A DNA stretch of 64,000 bases. It comes from Aureliella sp. GTDB taxonomy: Bacteria; Planctomycetota; Planctomycetia; Pirellulales; Pirellulaceae. Shown piece after piece: positions 10,515 to 22,621 of this stretch. The notes beneath the pieces are model-generated. The model made no database searches and was not told the DNA's origin. It saw nothing but the letters and a program-made list of their open reading frames with translations. The translations under genes were made by a program, and so were the position numbers. How positions within the stretch are numbered: position 1 is the stretch's first letter; every line of letters starts with the position of its first letter. The DNA lies in contig OY829846.1 in NCBI GenBank assembly GCA_963691875.1, forward strand, positions 2,592,001 through 2,656,000, written 5' to 3'.

Positions 10515-10733
10515 GGATCGACTTGCGAATTGACTTGATGTTGGCTGTCATAAGTACCGGCAATGGCCTAAGGCTGCTTTGCAGAAGCCGTTCCGATTGT
10601 GCGGGTTCCATAGCCTAATACTCGGCTTGGTTTTCGACCAGGACTTTTGTAGGTGATCCGAGGCTCGCAGAGTGTATTAAGCTGTTAGAAATCGGCACAA
10701 TCAGAGCAAACCTAATGAAGCGGGAAGCAGGGC

Positions 10734-11615
10734 ATGGGAGAAACGACGCAGACCTCATCGGGCGGACCAGCAAGAACCAACTGGCTCGGACTTTGCGTCG
10801 CTGCCTTTGTATTTGTGAGCTTCTGGCTCGGTCTTGCGACCTTCTTTCACGGGAAGACCGGATTTGAAAAGACAGCAACCCGTCTGGTGACACCGCTCGG
10901 AGCTGGCTGGACCATACTGGGGGCTTTCGGGCTCGTCCACTTGCTGTCGGCTCGCGGGCTAACGCGCATTTTGCCAGGCATGGCATGGTGCGTCTTTACA
11001 GTCTGCACCTGCTCACCGGTGGTGGCATTGCTCACCAAATACATCGAGCGTGGCGTCGAACACGCAAAACTGTCAGCTCAGCAGCCCTTGGACTATGTGG
11101 TCGTTCTGGGAGGCGGAACAACAATCGGCCCAGATCGTGCACAACTCGGCACGAGCGGAGACCGAGTCATGCGTGGCGCTCAGCTCTATTTCGAAGGCTA
11201 CACAAAGCAGTTGATTACCACGGGCGAGTCGATTGAAGGACTGGGTGGGAAGAAGATCCCGGGACCGGCCGAACAGACCGTCGAACTTTGGACGAAGATT
11301 GGGATTCCGCGAGCAGACATTGTCTCTATGCCTGGGATCAATACTTATCAGGAGACCAAAGCGTTGGCAGAAGCAGTCTTGTCGGGTCCGCTTCAAGGGA
11401 AGCGAATCGGTCTGGTCACCAGCGCCACTCACTTGCCTCGAGCGATTCGTCTGGCCAAATCGCATGGTGTCGAGGACTTGCATCCGATTCCGGCAGATTT
11501 TCGCTCGCGTCAAAGCGACTACTATACGATCATGGCTTTTCTGCCCAGTACAGCTGCCCTCAACCAACTATTCAAGAATCAACACGAGATCATGGCAGCG
11601 TGGGTCGGGCGATAA
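10734..11615 (+). CDS. YdcF/DUF218 family membrane protein
   Basis: N-terminal hydrophobic segments; DYVVVLGGG, DRVMRG, NTYQE, LVTSATHLPRA and PIPADF. Confidence 0.85.
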   Translation: MGETTQTSSGGPARTNWLGLCVAAFVFVSFWLGLATFFHGKTGFEKTATRLVTPLGAGWTILGAFGLVHLLSARGLTRILPGMAWCVFTVCTCSPVVALLTKYIERGVEHAKLSAQQPLDYVVVLGGGTTIGPDRAQLGTSGDRVMRGAQLYFEGYTKQLITTGESIEGLGGKKIPGPAEQTVELWTKIGIPRADIVSMPGINTYQETKALAEAVLSGPLQGKRIGLVTSATHLPRAIRLAKSHGVEDLHPIPADFRSRQSDYYTIMAFLPSTAALNQLFKNQHEIMAAWVGR

Positions 11616-11774
11616 CGAACGAGTCGAGTGCTCCGAAGTCCATACAAGAGCGAAGCGAGAGTGAATATTTCGGAAAGCAACGGACTCACTAGCCAAGGCG
11701 GACAACTTCCAAGCTATATGACTAAAATGTGGGCTCTCCAAGTCCCCAACAATTAACTTTCGAGACACAGCTGA

Positions 11775-13037
11775 ATGCCAAGTTCACTATATTGTTCTGT
11801 CACAAAACTGTTTACCGGTCTCTGCCTGGGATGCCTCTTCTTTGGCTCGGGGTGCAACGATCACGCGGAATTCGACGGCTCGGCCTATCTGGCTGAGAAC
11901 ACTGCCGATGCAGAAGCGGAAACTGAAAGTGAGACAGAAGATCCAGATTCCGCTGAGGCGAGCAGTGACGCTCCTCCAGCATCAGCCAAGTCGCAGGATG
12001 CTATCGAAGTTGAGAACGCAAAGTCTGAGCCTCCCACTGCACCACTGCCCAACGCCGGACCAGCCTCTGTGCAGCTTGAGGCTGCGGAGGCGGAGATCAA
12101 GCGACGCAGCGATGGCTCGGTCGCCGAAGTTCATCTGAGAAAAACACCTGCGACCGATGCTATGGCAGAAGAAATTGGCCGGTTCGATAAGCTTGTCAAA
12201 CTCACGATCAATAATTCCGAGATGACTGGAGCTGGCTGGGCGCAGCTGTCCAACCTCGGCGAGCTTCAACAGTTTGACTTGCGTGGCTGTGCGGTCAATA
12301 ACAAGCAACTCACTGCGGCCATCGCGGGTATGCCCCGATTGCGAGCTTTGCGACTTAATGGAAAGAGCGGTCTGACAACGGTCGATGATCTTGCGATGGA
12401 AGCTTTGAGCAAGTGCACGGAGCTAAAGGCCTTGGCGCTGGATCATCTTTGGGTTGGAGTCGATGGTCTAAAATCACTCCAAGCCTGCACCAAACTCTCT
12501 GAGCTGTACCTTGCCGCAACCCTAGTAGATGACGAGGCGTTAGAAGTCATCGCTGGTTTTCCAGCCTTGAAAAAGCTACGTATTGCACAGACATCGGTTT
12601 CCGGTGAGGGGATGCAGCACTTAACGAAACTCTCGCTAGAAGATCTCGATGCAAGCGAATGTAGCGTCCTGAACGACGATTCTCTGAAAATCGTCGGTAG
12701 CTTCACAACGCTCAAACGCTTAAATCTTTTTAAAGTCCCGTTGTCAGATTTGGGAGTCGACAATCTGGCAGGGCTAACCGCATTAACTTGGATGAATCTG
12801 GACCAAACCGGCCTAACCGACGAAGGCATGCCTGCGTTGAAAGGTATGACCAAGATGCAATTTCTGCATCTCGGTTCGACCGGAGTTTCTGACCTGGGCC
12901 TTGAGCATTTAGAAGCTATGCAGAGCCTGAAGAATCTAATTGTGACCAGAACCGCCGTTACAGAAACGGGTGTCGCTGAGATCAAGAAATCCATCTCGGG
13001 AGTCGAGGTGCAGCTGAAGTACATAGAAGGCGAATAG
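11775..13037 (+). CDS. Leucine-rich repeat lipoprotein
   Basis: Lipobox-like FFGSGC, acidic linker, then ~24-aa LxxLxLxxTxVxDxG repeats. Confidence 0.85.
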   Translation: MPSSLYCSVTKLFTGLCLGCLFFGSGCNDHAEFDGSAYLAENTADAEAETESETEDPDSAEASSDAPPASAKSQDAIEVENAKSEPPTAPLPNAGPASVQLEAAEAEIKRRSDGSVAEVHLRKTPATDAMAEEIGRFDKLVKLTINNSEMTGAGWAQLSNLGELQQFDLRGCAVNNKQLTAAIAGMPRLRALRLNGKSGLTTVDDLAMEALSKCTELKALALDHLWVGVDGLKSLQACTKLSELYLAATLVDDEALEVIAGFPALKKLRIAQTSVSGEGMQHLTKLSLEDLDASECSVLNDDSLKIVGSFTTLKRLNLFKVPLSDLGVDNLAGLTALTWMNLDQTGLTDEGMPALKGMTKMQFLHLGSTGVSDLGLEHLEAMQSLKNLIVTRTAVTETGVAEIKKSISGVEVQLKYIEGE

Positions 13038-13365
13038 CTGCAGTTGCTTGAATAGCCTGCAGTCATTCGACAACTTTTGCTTGCAGTGTTACGTTCGCTG
13101 CAACCATGCAGATCACCTGACAGTGGAGTTCCGGTTCACGAATCAGCGCGAGACATTTCGAAGCTGTTCCGCGCGATGTCTGGTTAACTTCGGTTTTCCG
13201 GTGTTTTCACAAGGAAAAACGAGCTGCTGAAGACTCTAATTGCTGCCAATTCCAGTACCTGGAAGCGTCAAAATCGTCTACCATGGAGGGGTCGATCGGC
13301 CTCCTATCCAGCGGCTGGTCTGCGTCCGCGAACGATAGGCTTCCTTTGTTGCTTGAAGAGCTGTA

Positions 13366-16300
13366 ATGGGCAAGTTCTCCCTCTCATTCGAATACCCTTG
13401 GTTGCTAGTACTGTTGCTGGTCGTTCCAATCCTGTGGATGGCCAGCTTCAAGTCGATGTCTGGCTTGGGCAACATCCGGCGCATCTCTGCGTTATCGCTA
13501 AGAAGTACTCTGCTCGTCTTGATCATTCTGGCCATCGCGGGAGTTCAGTGGGTTTGGATCAGCAACAAAACAACTGTCGTGTACTTACTCGATCAGAGCG
13601 ATAGCATCCCAGCCGCACAGCGGGATGCGATGCTGAAGTATGCAATCTCCTCGGTCAAAGAGCACCGCGATCGCGAACGTGGTGACATGTCAGGCCTGAT
13701 CGTTTTCGGTGCGGAAGCTGCCATTGAGTTCCCGCCTTACGACGACGACATCCCATCGATCGATGGCTTGGAAAGTTACATGGGGCGAACCGATGCGACC
13801 AATCTAGAATCAGCTCTGAAGCTTGCTCAAGCTGCTTTTCCAGAGTCGACGGCCAAACGCATTGTTATCGTTACCGACGGAAACGAAACGATTGGAACAG
13901 GCTTGACGGTCGCCAAAACCATGGCCGAGGAAGGCATTGGTATCGATGTTGTCCCCATCAAGATGGATGCTCAAAGCGAGATCTTGGTGGAAAAGGTTGA
14001 TCTCCCCAACAACATACGACAGGGTCAGCCTTTCGAGACTCGTGTAGTCATCAATCGGTACCAAGTGAGCGGACAGGAGAAGCCGGTTGCTGGTCGGCTA
14101 AACGTATATCGCAGCGTAGGCTCCAAGAAGGTCACGGTGTTCTCGACCGACGAGGACAATCCTGTATTTCTCGACAGCGACGTGAATGTATTTCCTATTC
14201 GGGACACCATCAATCAGCCTGCAGGCTACACCTATCAAGCAGAATTCATTCCGCTGGATCCAGAAGACGATTCGCTCAAGCAAAACAATCGCGCTGACTC
14301 TTACACTTATGTGCGTGGAAAGGGTCGCGTATTGATGATCGAAGACTGGAACGCACGTGGCGAGTATGACACTTTAATCGAGGCGCTGCGTCGATCCGAG
14401 ATCGAAGTGGACATTCTGCCGAGCAACGAACTCTTCACTTCATTGATCGAACTCCAGGCCTATGACTGTGTGATGCTGGCCGGAGTGCCCCGTTCCTCAG
14501 GTGAAGAAGCAGACTCGATCGCAAGCTTTAGTGACGAACAGATCGAGATGCTGGTTACCAACCTGGAACTTGGCTGCGGCATTCTCATGCTCGGCGGCCC
14601 GAACGCGTTTGGGGCTGGCGGCTGGGCGAATACCAAGCTGGAAGAAGCAATGCCGGTCGACTTCCAGATCAAGAACGACAAGATCGAGGCAGTCGGCGCG
14701 CTGGCGATGATCTTGCACGCTTCGGAAATCGCCCAGGGAAACTACTGGCAGAAACGCATTGGACAAGCCGCCCTTGACGTTCTGGGGCCAAGCGATTTCT
14801 GTGGCATCATTAACTATAACTCCACTATATCCGGTGACTCTTGGCTTTGGGCAAACGGTACAGGCGGTAGGCATCCGCCAGGTATGCTTCGTGTAGGGCC
14901 CAATAAGGCGGCGATGATCAATCGTCTGCGCCAAATGGTGCCAGGCGACATGCCAACTTTCCAGCCATCGATGCAAATGGCCCTGAAATCGCTTTCGGCA
15001 GTAAATGCCTCAATTAAGCATATGATCATCATCAGCGATGGTGACCCAACCAAGCCGAACGCTGGCGTGCTAACACAGTTCGCCAACAATAACATCAAGA
15101 TCTCGACGGTGGCGGTTGGAGCCCACGGGGCAGCGGGACACAATACGCTGCAAAATATCGCTACCAAGACCGAAGGCAATTACTACGTAGCCCGCAATGC
15201 AACGGCACTGCCCAAGATCTTTCAACGAGAAGCCATGCGAGTATCGCGGCCTTTGGTTTACGAACCAGAAGGCGGGCTACTCCCTTACGTCAGTGACTCG
15301 CACGCGATTGTGCAAGGGCTTTCGCGAGAGCTCCCTAACCTCAAGGGCTTCGTTCTAACCAGCCTCAAAGAAAGTGCTTTGGTCGAAGTTCCAATTCGGT
15401 CTCGTCGGCCCGAAAAGAGGAGCCAACAGTCGGTTCTCGCAACCTGGCAATACGGTGCTGGTAAATCCGCAGTTTTCACCAGCGATGTAGGACGGCGATG
15501 GGCTGGTCAGTGGGCAGAGTGGGACGGATACGATCAGTTCTTCTCGCAGCTAGTCCGTTACTTGATGCGTCCGACAGAGTCCGATGCCAAGTTCACGGTT
15601 GCTACCAATGTAAAAGATGGCAAAGCAGAGGTAGTTGTCAATGCCTTGAACCAGCAAGACGAATTCCTCAACTTCCTTGACATGCAAGCCGTCGCGATCA
15701 GTCCAGAGATGGAACAGATTCCGATTTCGATGAGACAGACCGCACCCGGCCGGTACGTCGGATCTTTCGAAGCGGAAAATGCGGGAAGCTACCTCGTTAG
15801 CGTCTTGCCTGGCCCAGGGATGGCTCCCATCACAACGGGCGCCAGCATTCCGTTTTCGGACGAGTACCGTTTGCGAAAAACTAACTACAACGTGCTGGAA
15901 CGCTTGGCAGGCATGGAGCCTGAGGGCGGTAGGGCAGGCGAGATACTTGCAGAACTTGACTCGGCGGCAGCGGAAACCGTACTTCGCAAGGGAGTTCCTG
16001 AGCAAATGCTTGCGAGTGATATCTACCGGGGTGGCCTTTCCCGAGCGATGAGCCTACAAGACATTTGGCAGTACTGTCTGCTTCTCGGCGCATTCTGTTT
16101 GTTCGGTGACATTTTCGTCCGACGTGTCTCAGTCGACTATCTCTATCCTTTCAAACGCGTTTACGCTGCACTCAATCCAGGCGAAACAGCCGAAGACGCA
16201 GAGCGCCAGCAGAGCTTGCAACGCCTGCGTTCCAAGAAGTCGGAGGTCAGTAACGAGATGGAACAAGTCAAGGCGTCCACTCGATTCGAGGTGACCGAGG

Positions 16301-16470
16301 TTGTCGACCCGGGCACGCTTGACGACGCAATGTCGGGCAAGTCCGAAACTTCGAGCACTGCTCGATCGAACACGCGTCCCTCCATCGAGCAATCGCAGGA
16401 GGAAGAAGGGTACACCTCTCGGCTGCTGAAGGCGAAAAAAGCCGCCCAGAAGAAACCTGACAAAGATTAG
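13366..16470 (+). CDS. Membrane-anchored double-VWA / glutamine amidotransferase-like protein
   Basis: FEYPWLL N-terminus, MIDAS-like LLDQSDS and IVIVTDGNE, a second IIISDGD, LMLGGPNAFGAGGW, WQYGAGK...FTSD and a C-terminal TM segment. Confidence 0.8.
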   Translation: MGKFSLSFEYPWLLVLLLVVPILWMASFKSMSGLGNIRRISALSLRSTLLVLIILAIAGVQWVWISNKTTVVYLLDQSDSIPAAQRDAMLKYAISSVKEHRDRERGDMSGLIVFGAEAAIEFPPYDDDIPSIDGLESYMGRTDATNLESALKLAQAAFPESTAKRIVIVTDGNETIGTGLTVAKTMAEEGIGIDVVPIKMDAQSEILVEKVDLPNNIRQGQPFETRVVINRYQVSGQEKPVAGRLNVYRSVGSKKVTVFSTDEDNPVFLDSDVNVFPIRDTINQPAGYTYQAEFIPLDPEDDSLKQNNRADSYTYVRGKGRVLMIEDWNARGEYDTLIEALRRSEIEVDILPSNELFTSLIELQAYDCVMLAGVPRSSGEEADSIASFSDEQIEMLVTNLELGCGILMLGGPNAFGAGGWANTKLEEAMPVDFQIKNDKIEAVGALAMILHASEIAQGNYWQKRIGQAALDVLGPSDFCGIINYNSTISGDSWLWANGTGGRHPPGMLRVGPNKAAMINRLRQMVPGDMPTFQPSMQMALKSLSAVNASIKHMIIISDGDPTKPNAGVLTQFANNNIKISTVAVGAHGAAGHNTLQNIATKTEGNYYVARNATALPKIFQREAMRVSRPLVYEPEGGLLPYVSDSHAIVQGLSRELPNLKGFVLTSLKESALVEVPIRSRRPEKRSQQSVLATWQYGAGKSAVFTSDVGRRWAGQWAEWDGYDQFFSQLVRYLMRPTESDAKFTVATNVKDGKAEVVVNALNQQDEFLNFLDMQAVAISPEMEQIPISMRQTAPGRYVGSFEAENAGSYLVSVLPGPGMAPITTGASIPFSDEYRLRKTNYNVLERLAGMEPEGGRAGEILAELDSAAAETVLRKGVPEQMLASDIYRGGLSRAMSLQDIWQYCLLLGAFCLFGDIFVRRVSVDYLYPFKRVYAALNPGETAEDAERQQSLQRLRSKKSEVSNEMEQVKASTRFEVTEVVDPGTLDDAMSGKSETSSTARSNTRPSIEQSQEEEGYTSRLLKAKKAAQKKPDKD

Positions 16471-16893
16471 TCGTCATTGTCTATTCAATCGTATCTTTTT
16501 CTGATTCCCTTTGATCTTCAAACAAATCCTTGGTCTTACATGCTCTTTTCATTGCCGCCGTTCGCTGGGGACCTTTGCCAGAGCGTCCGCTTTCTTCTCA
16601 CAACATCAGACTAATTCCAAGGGTGTTTCTTGGCTTGCCATGGAAGAGAATGGAAGCCCGCAGAGGACAACTTGCGAACCAATGGCGCTAGCCTAGGGAC
16701 AACATTTTCTCGGGTTCGGCCCGACACTAACGCGTTAGGCTCACCTCAAAGAATGGATGCGTAGCTCGGCGGCGAAAAGGACACCACCTAGTATTTTGCA
16801 GTCGGAATTTCATTTAGAATGGGCGCATCGAGTTGTGCAAGAATCTGTCCTGCATCTTTATCCTGCGAAACCCACCCAAGAAACTGAGTCGAT

Positions 16894-17919
<1,026 letters not shown>

Positions 17920-17985
17920 GTTGTTTTCGGCCACTTGGCAGAATTCAGCTCAGCCCAGTTATCTCGCACCGATCGGAATTGCGTC

Positions 17986-19272
17986 ATGCAGATCGCTTAC
18001 TTTACCGCTGGTGCCGCGGGAATGTACTGCGGAAGTTGTTTGCACGACAACGCTCTTGCCAAAGCTCTCAATTGCCTTGGGCATGACTGCATGCTCCTAC
18101 CTACCTACACTCCAATTCGAACCGATGAGAAAGACATCAGTTCCGATCAGCTGTTTTTTGGCGGACTAAACGTTTACTTGCAGCAGATGAGTCCGTTGTT
18201 CCGCTGGTTACCGAAGTGGGCCGACAGCTTCCTTAGCTCGCCGCGATTGGTCAACTGGATAGCCTCGCGATCCATGGGCACCACAGCTGACAAACTCGGA
18301 GCCCTCACCGTTTCCATGCTCAAGGGCTCTCACGGACACCAGGCAAAAGAAGTCAGTCGACTGTGCGACTGGCTAGAAAAGGAATCGCCCGATGTTGTCG
18401 TGTTCTCGAATTTGCTTATTGCTGGCTGCATCCCAGAGATCCAGAGACGCTTAGGCTGTCCCAGTGCAGTCATCCTCCAAGGCGACGATATCTTCTATGA
18501 TGGTCTAAGCGAACCCTATCGCGAGCAAGCCATGACCGAGTTACGACGTCTTGCCAAAGATGTAGACCGCTTTGTTGTGAATAGCCAAGATTATGGCAAG
18601 CGTATGCAGGAAATGCTCGGCTTTTCCGATGCACGGCTTGCGATTAGTCCTCTCTGTCTGGACACCAGCGACTTTGAGAAACTGGGCGAACGCGGGGCAA
18701 ACGAGCAAGCACCGACAATAGGCTATCTCGCGAGGCTTGCTCCTGAAAAAGGGTTGGACATCCTGATCGATGCCTTCCTTGAGCTTGCCGAACAAAACGA
18801 CCAAGTACATCTGAATATCGCCGGATGGCTAGGGGACCAAAATATAGACTACTGGTCCGAGCAGCAGGAAAAACTTTCCGCTGCTGGGCTTTCAGATCGC
18901 TATCAGTACTTCGGTGAAGTAGACCGCGAAGGAAAATTGGAGTTCCTCCGCTCCGTCGATGTACTAAGTGTACCAACGCCATACCTGGAGCCCAAGGGCC
19001 TGTTTGTCCTCGAAGCTTTGGCTGCAGGCGTGCCATACCTTCAGCCCGCCCATGGCGCGTTCCCTGAGATTCACGAGCGGCTAGGTGGTGGACGGCTGTT
19101 CCCACCGGAATCCGCCTCCGTTCTTGCGGAAGGCCTTGCAGAAATGCTCGCCGATCGGATGGCACTTCGACAGCTAGGTGCTGCAGGTCGAACTAACGTA
19201 CTTCAAACGGCCTCTAGCCGCCAAGAGGCCGAACGCTTCTCCCAGATACTCGGCGAGCTAGTCCAACCGTAG
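17986..19272 (+). CDS. Glycosyltransferase family 4
   Basis: GAAGMYCGSCLHDN N-terminus, IGYLARLAPEKG, EPKGLFVLEALAAGVP and GAFPE. ATG 17986 is preferred. Confidence 0.85.
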   Translation: MQIAYFTAGAAGMYCGSCLHDNALAKALNCLGHDCMLLPTYTPIRTDEKDISSDQLFFGGLNVYLQQMSPLFRWLPKWADSFLSSPRLVNWIASRSMGTTADKLGALTVSMLKGSHGHQAKEVSRLCDWLEKESPDVVVFSNLLIAGCIPEIQRRLGCPSAVILQGDDIFYDGLSEPYREQAMTELRRLAKDVDRFVVNSQDYGKRMQEMLGFSDARLAISPLCLDTSDFEKLGERGANEQAPTIGYLARLAPEKGLDILIDAFLELAEQNDQVHLNIAGWLGDQNIDYWSEQQEKLSAAGLSDRYQYFGEVDREGKLEFLRSVDVLSVPTPYLEPKGLFVLEALAAGVPYLQPAHGAFPEIHERLGGGRLFPPESASVLAEGLAEMLADRMALRQLGAAGRTNVLQTASSRQEAERFSQILGELVQP

Positions 19273-19423
19273 CGGGATTCGCCAGCATTCCCCCTCTCCT
19301 CGAAGCTTGCAAACCCAACCCTCGGTTCAGAGATTCATCAGAATTTCGCGCCAACACATTACGACATCAGACTTCCTAGGGAAATCCACTAGGATGTGCA
19401 AGCAACGGACTCAGCTCGCCTTA

Positions 19424-20911
19424 TCAGAGATCGTTGTCTCGTAGCGACTTCAGTTTCTCCGCCAAAGAAGCTCTCATACGTTCAGCAGTCTTGGCATGCT
19501 TTGGATCCTCCATCAAATTCTTATACTGCAGCGGATCCTCTTGCATGTCGAACAGTTCCGCACCTGCGGAGCCATTCTCGTTGTATTGAATGTAGGCCCA
19601 ACGATCTTCCCGCATTAGAAACGCTTTTCGCATTGGTGCCACGCTGAAGGCTGCCTCTCGAACCTCCAATGTCGGATCATCCAACAAGGGTGATATATCT
19701 TGCCCCTGAAGACGCTTCTGAGCTGGTAGTCCGCAGAGTTTTGCAGTCGTCGGATACAGATCAATTAGCTCAGTCAGGCTATGGCACACGGCAGGCTTCT
19801 TGCCTGGAACACAGATAATCAGCGGTACCGCCGCCGACTCATCGTGCAATGAGACCTTGGCCCAGAAATCATGTTCGCCCAAGTGGTAGCCATGATCCGA
19901 AGTGAAAACAACGATCGTTCGATCTTCAATCTTTGCGACACGAAGTGCCTTTAGAACCTTGCCAACTTGAGCATCCATAAATGCGACGGAAGCATAGTAC
20001 CCCCCCACGGCTTTCTTCTGCCGACGCAGGTCCATCTTCATGTTCAAGCTCGTCTTGTAGTTAATGCCAGGTTTTGGAATATCATCCCAATCACCTGGCA
20101 GCTTTTCTGGTAGTTGCATCGAAGAGTAGGGCAAAAAGGACTCGTAGTAGGATCTCGGAGCAACAAAGGGAACATGAGGACGCACAAAACCGACTCCCAA
20201 CCAGAATGGTTCATCCTTGTGCTCATGAATCAACTCCACTGCTTTTGCCGCCGTCTTGCCATCCGAGTGCACCAGATCGTCACCGTCGGCTTCAACGACA
20301 ACGAAAGTATTACCACCCACAACGGGTTTCCTGCCATTCGGATTGCCCTCAAGCGTTTCCCCATCTCCTGGTGCTCGCCATTCCGGCCCCGGGCTATTAA
20401 AACGTTCCGTCCACGAAACCGCGTCGTCAGCTCCGTGGTGATTATTGTGCTTTTTCGGATCTGCACCTGCTTCAATGCCACCTGGAACGCCCATGTGATA
20501 GATTTTGCTGACCCGCGCAGAATAGTAGCCGTTATTTTTGAAGTGCTGAGCCCAGGTTGCTCTGTCTCCAATCTTCGGCCGCGGACTTACATAGCCAAAG
20601 ACGCCAGTGGCATGCGGATAGTAGCCTGACATAAAGGATGCCCGCGAAGGCCCACAATAGGTAGCTTGGCAGTATGCTCGTGTGAAGCGAACTCCGCGTG
20701 CAGCAAGCGAGTCGATGTTGGGCGTGTGGCAAACTTGATTTCCGTAGCAAGACAGCGCCGTCGCAGTCAGGTCGTCTGAGATAATGAACAGGACGTTGTA
20801 AGGTCGCTCGGAATTCTCAGCAGAGCAATTTAATGCCATGCAGCCCCAGGACAAAAGAGAAAACATCAGTGGGAGGAAGAGTGCTTTCTTTTCTTGCCAT
20901 AATGCTGGCAT
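19424..20911 (-). CDS. Formylglycine-type (S1) sulfatase
   Basis: NVLFIISDDL, CGPSRASFMSG, RPHVPF and TSDHGYHLGEH. Confidence 0.92.
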   Translation of the reverse strand: MPALWQEKKALFLPLMFSLLSWGCMALNCSAENSERPYNVLFIISDDLTATALSCYGNQVCHTPNIDSLAARGVRFTRAYCQATYCGPSRASFMSGYYPHATGVFGYVSPRPKIGDRATWAQHFKNNGYYSARVSKIYHMGVPGGIEAGADPKKHNNHHGADDAVSWTERFNSPGPEWRAPGDGETLEGNPNGRKPVVGGNTFVVVEADGDDLVHSDGKTAAKAVELIHEHKDEPFWLGVGFVRPHVPFVAPRSYYESFLPYSSMQLPEKLPGDWDDIPKPGINYKTSLNMKMDLRRQKKAVGGYYASVAFMDAQVGKVLKALRVAKIEDRTIVVFTSDHGYHLGEHDFWAKVSLHDESAAVPLIICVPGKKPAVCHSLTELIDLYPTTAKLCGLPAQKRLQGQDISPLLDDPTLEVREAAFSVAPMRKAFLMREDRWAYIQYNENGSAGAELFDMQEDPLQYKNLMEDPKHAKTAERMRASLAEKLKSLRDNDL

Positions 20912-21043
20912 GCTAGATTCGCCTTATGTTGAATCGCTTTGATGGAAAGAACGTCATTCTAACTCACAAGACTAAATGAGATCAGATAAACTGCTCCAGC
21001 TGCAACCGTTTCCTTCCACCTTTAGCCCCATCCATTTGCCGAC

Positions 21044-22564
21044 ATGCAAATAGCCCCCATACTTGCCGTCTTCCGAGGCACAGTCTTCACCGCTTCACTG
21101 TGCTTGCTCACGAATTTGCCGACCATCGCGATCGCCGAGACGGCAGCCCCCAAGGGGAATGCAACGAAGAAAAAGAACGTTCTGCTAATCGCCATCGATG
21201 ACCTTAACAACTGGATAGGCTGCTTGGGTGGGCATCCGCAAGCGCTGACTCCCAATATTGACAAGCTGGCGAAACGGGGAGTTCTCTTTTCTAACGCGCA
21301 CTGCCAAGGCCCGATCTGCGGTCCATCAAGATGTTCTTTACTATCTGGTAAATTTCCGCATTCGACCGGCGTCTACCAACAACCCGGTGGCGACTTGTTA
21401 GAAAAGGACCACGTGCACTTTCGGGGCCAGCTATTGCCAGAGTATTTTGCGAAGCACAACTATGAAACACTTGCCTCTGGCAAGATCACGCACGGCTACG
21501 CTGGCAAGATTGCATTCAAAGATTACGCCGGCAAGCAAGGTGGATTTGGTCCTAAACCCAAGGAGCGGTTCCAGTACTTCTTGCCGAACGTCCCCTTCAC
21601 GGGGACGCAAACAGACTGGGGCGCATTCCCCGAGCAAGACAGTCAAATGCCTGACTTCAAAACGGCATCTTGGTGTATCGACAAGCTTAACGAGCCGAGG
21701 ACTAAACCATTCTTTCTGGCCGCCGGATTTTATCGGCCTCACGTTCCCTTCTATGTGCCCGCAAAGTGGTTTCAGGAATTCCCCCTGCAGACCATCCATC
21801 TACCAGAATACCGGCTAGACGATCTGGACGATGTTCCGCAGATCGGAATCGATATCCACGAGATGCCCAAGTACCCGAAATGGGAATTCCTGGTGCCAAA
21901 TGAAGAGGAGCAGTTCCGTCGAGCTGTGCAAGCTTATCTGGCCTGCATCCGTTTTGTTGATCACCAAGTTGGACGTGTCGTAGAAGCTCTCGAAGCCAGT
22001 CCCTATCGTGACGACACAGTCATCGTATTATTAAGCGACCACGGGTATCACCTGGGAGAAAAGAATCGTATCAGTAAACACAGCTTATGGGAGGAATCGA
22101 CGAAAGTGCCCCTCATTATCGTCGACGGACAGCATCGCGGTCGTCAATCCGCTGCACCAGTTGGCTTAATTGACATCTACCCGACTCTTCTAGAACTTTG
22201 CGATCTGCCAGCTCGCCCAGAAAACGAGGGGATGAGCCTACTGCCGCTCATGAAGAATACGGATGCCAAGCTTCGCGACGGCATCCTGACGACCTATGCG
22301 CGAGGCAATCATTCTGTCCGTAGCGAGCGTTTTCGGCTGATTCGCTATCAAGACGGTAGTCAAGAATTGTATGACCACAAAACGGATCCGCAGGAATGGA
22401 ATAACTTGGCTTCAAAGATCGCGACGACCCCAGAGTTACAAACTGTCGTTAAGAAGTTAGCACAATTGCTACCGAAAGAGGAATCGGAATACCATCCCTC
22501 CACCCAAAGTGGTCCTGTGAATGCGTGGTTCCAAGAGCACTTACGTAAGAATGGCATTGAATAA
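21044..22564 (+). CDS. Formylglycine-type (S1) sulfatase
   Basis: NVLLIAIDDL, CGPSRCSLLSG, RPHVPF and SDHGYHLGEK. Confidence 0.92.
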   Translation: MQIAPILAVFRGTVFTASLCLLTNLPTIAIAETAAPKGNATKKKNVLLIAIDDLNNWIGCLGGHPQALTPNIDKLAKRGVLFSNAHCQGPICGPSRCSLLSGKFPHSTGVYQQPGGDLLEKDHVHFRGQLLPEYFAKHNYETLASGKITHGYAGKIAFKDYAGKQGGFGPKPKERFQYFLPNVPFTGTQTDWGAFPEQDSQMPDFKTASWCIDKLNEPRTKPFFLAAGFYRPHVPFYVPAKWFQEFPLQTIHLPEYRLDDLDDVPQIGIDIHEMPKYPKWEFLVPNEEEQFRRAVQAYLACIRFVDHQVGRVVEALEASPYRDDTVIVLLSDHGYHLGEKNRISKHSLWEESTKVPLIIVDGQHRGRQSAAPVGLIDIYPTLLELCDLPARPENEGMSLLPLMKNTDAKLRDGILTTYARGNHSVRSERFRLIRYQDGSQELYDHKTDPQEWNNLASKIATTPELQTVVKKLAQLLPKEESEYHPSTQSGPVNAWFQEHLRKNGIE

Positions 22565-22621
22565 CCAATAAGATCATCGGCAAATATTGCGTCAGAGTCA
22601 GCACCAAGGGTACACACTAGA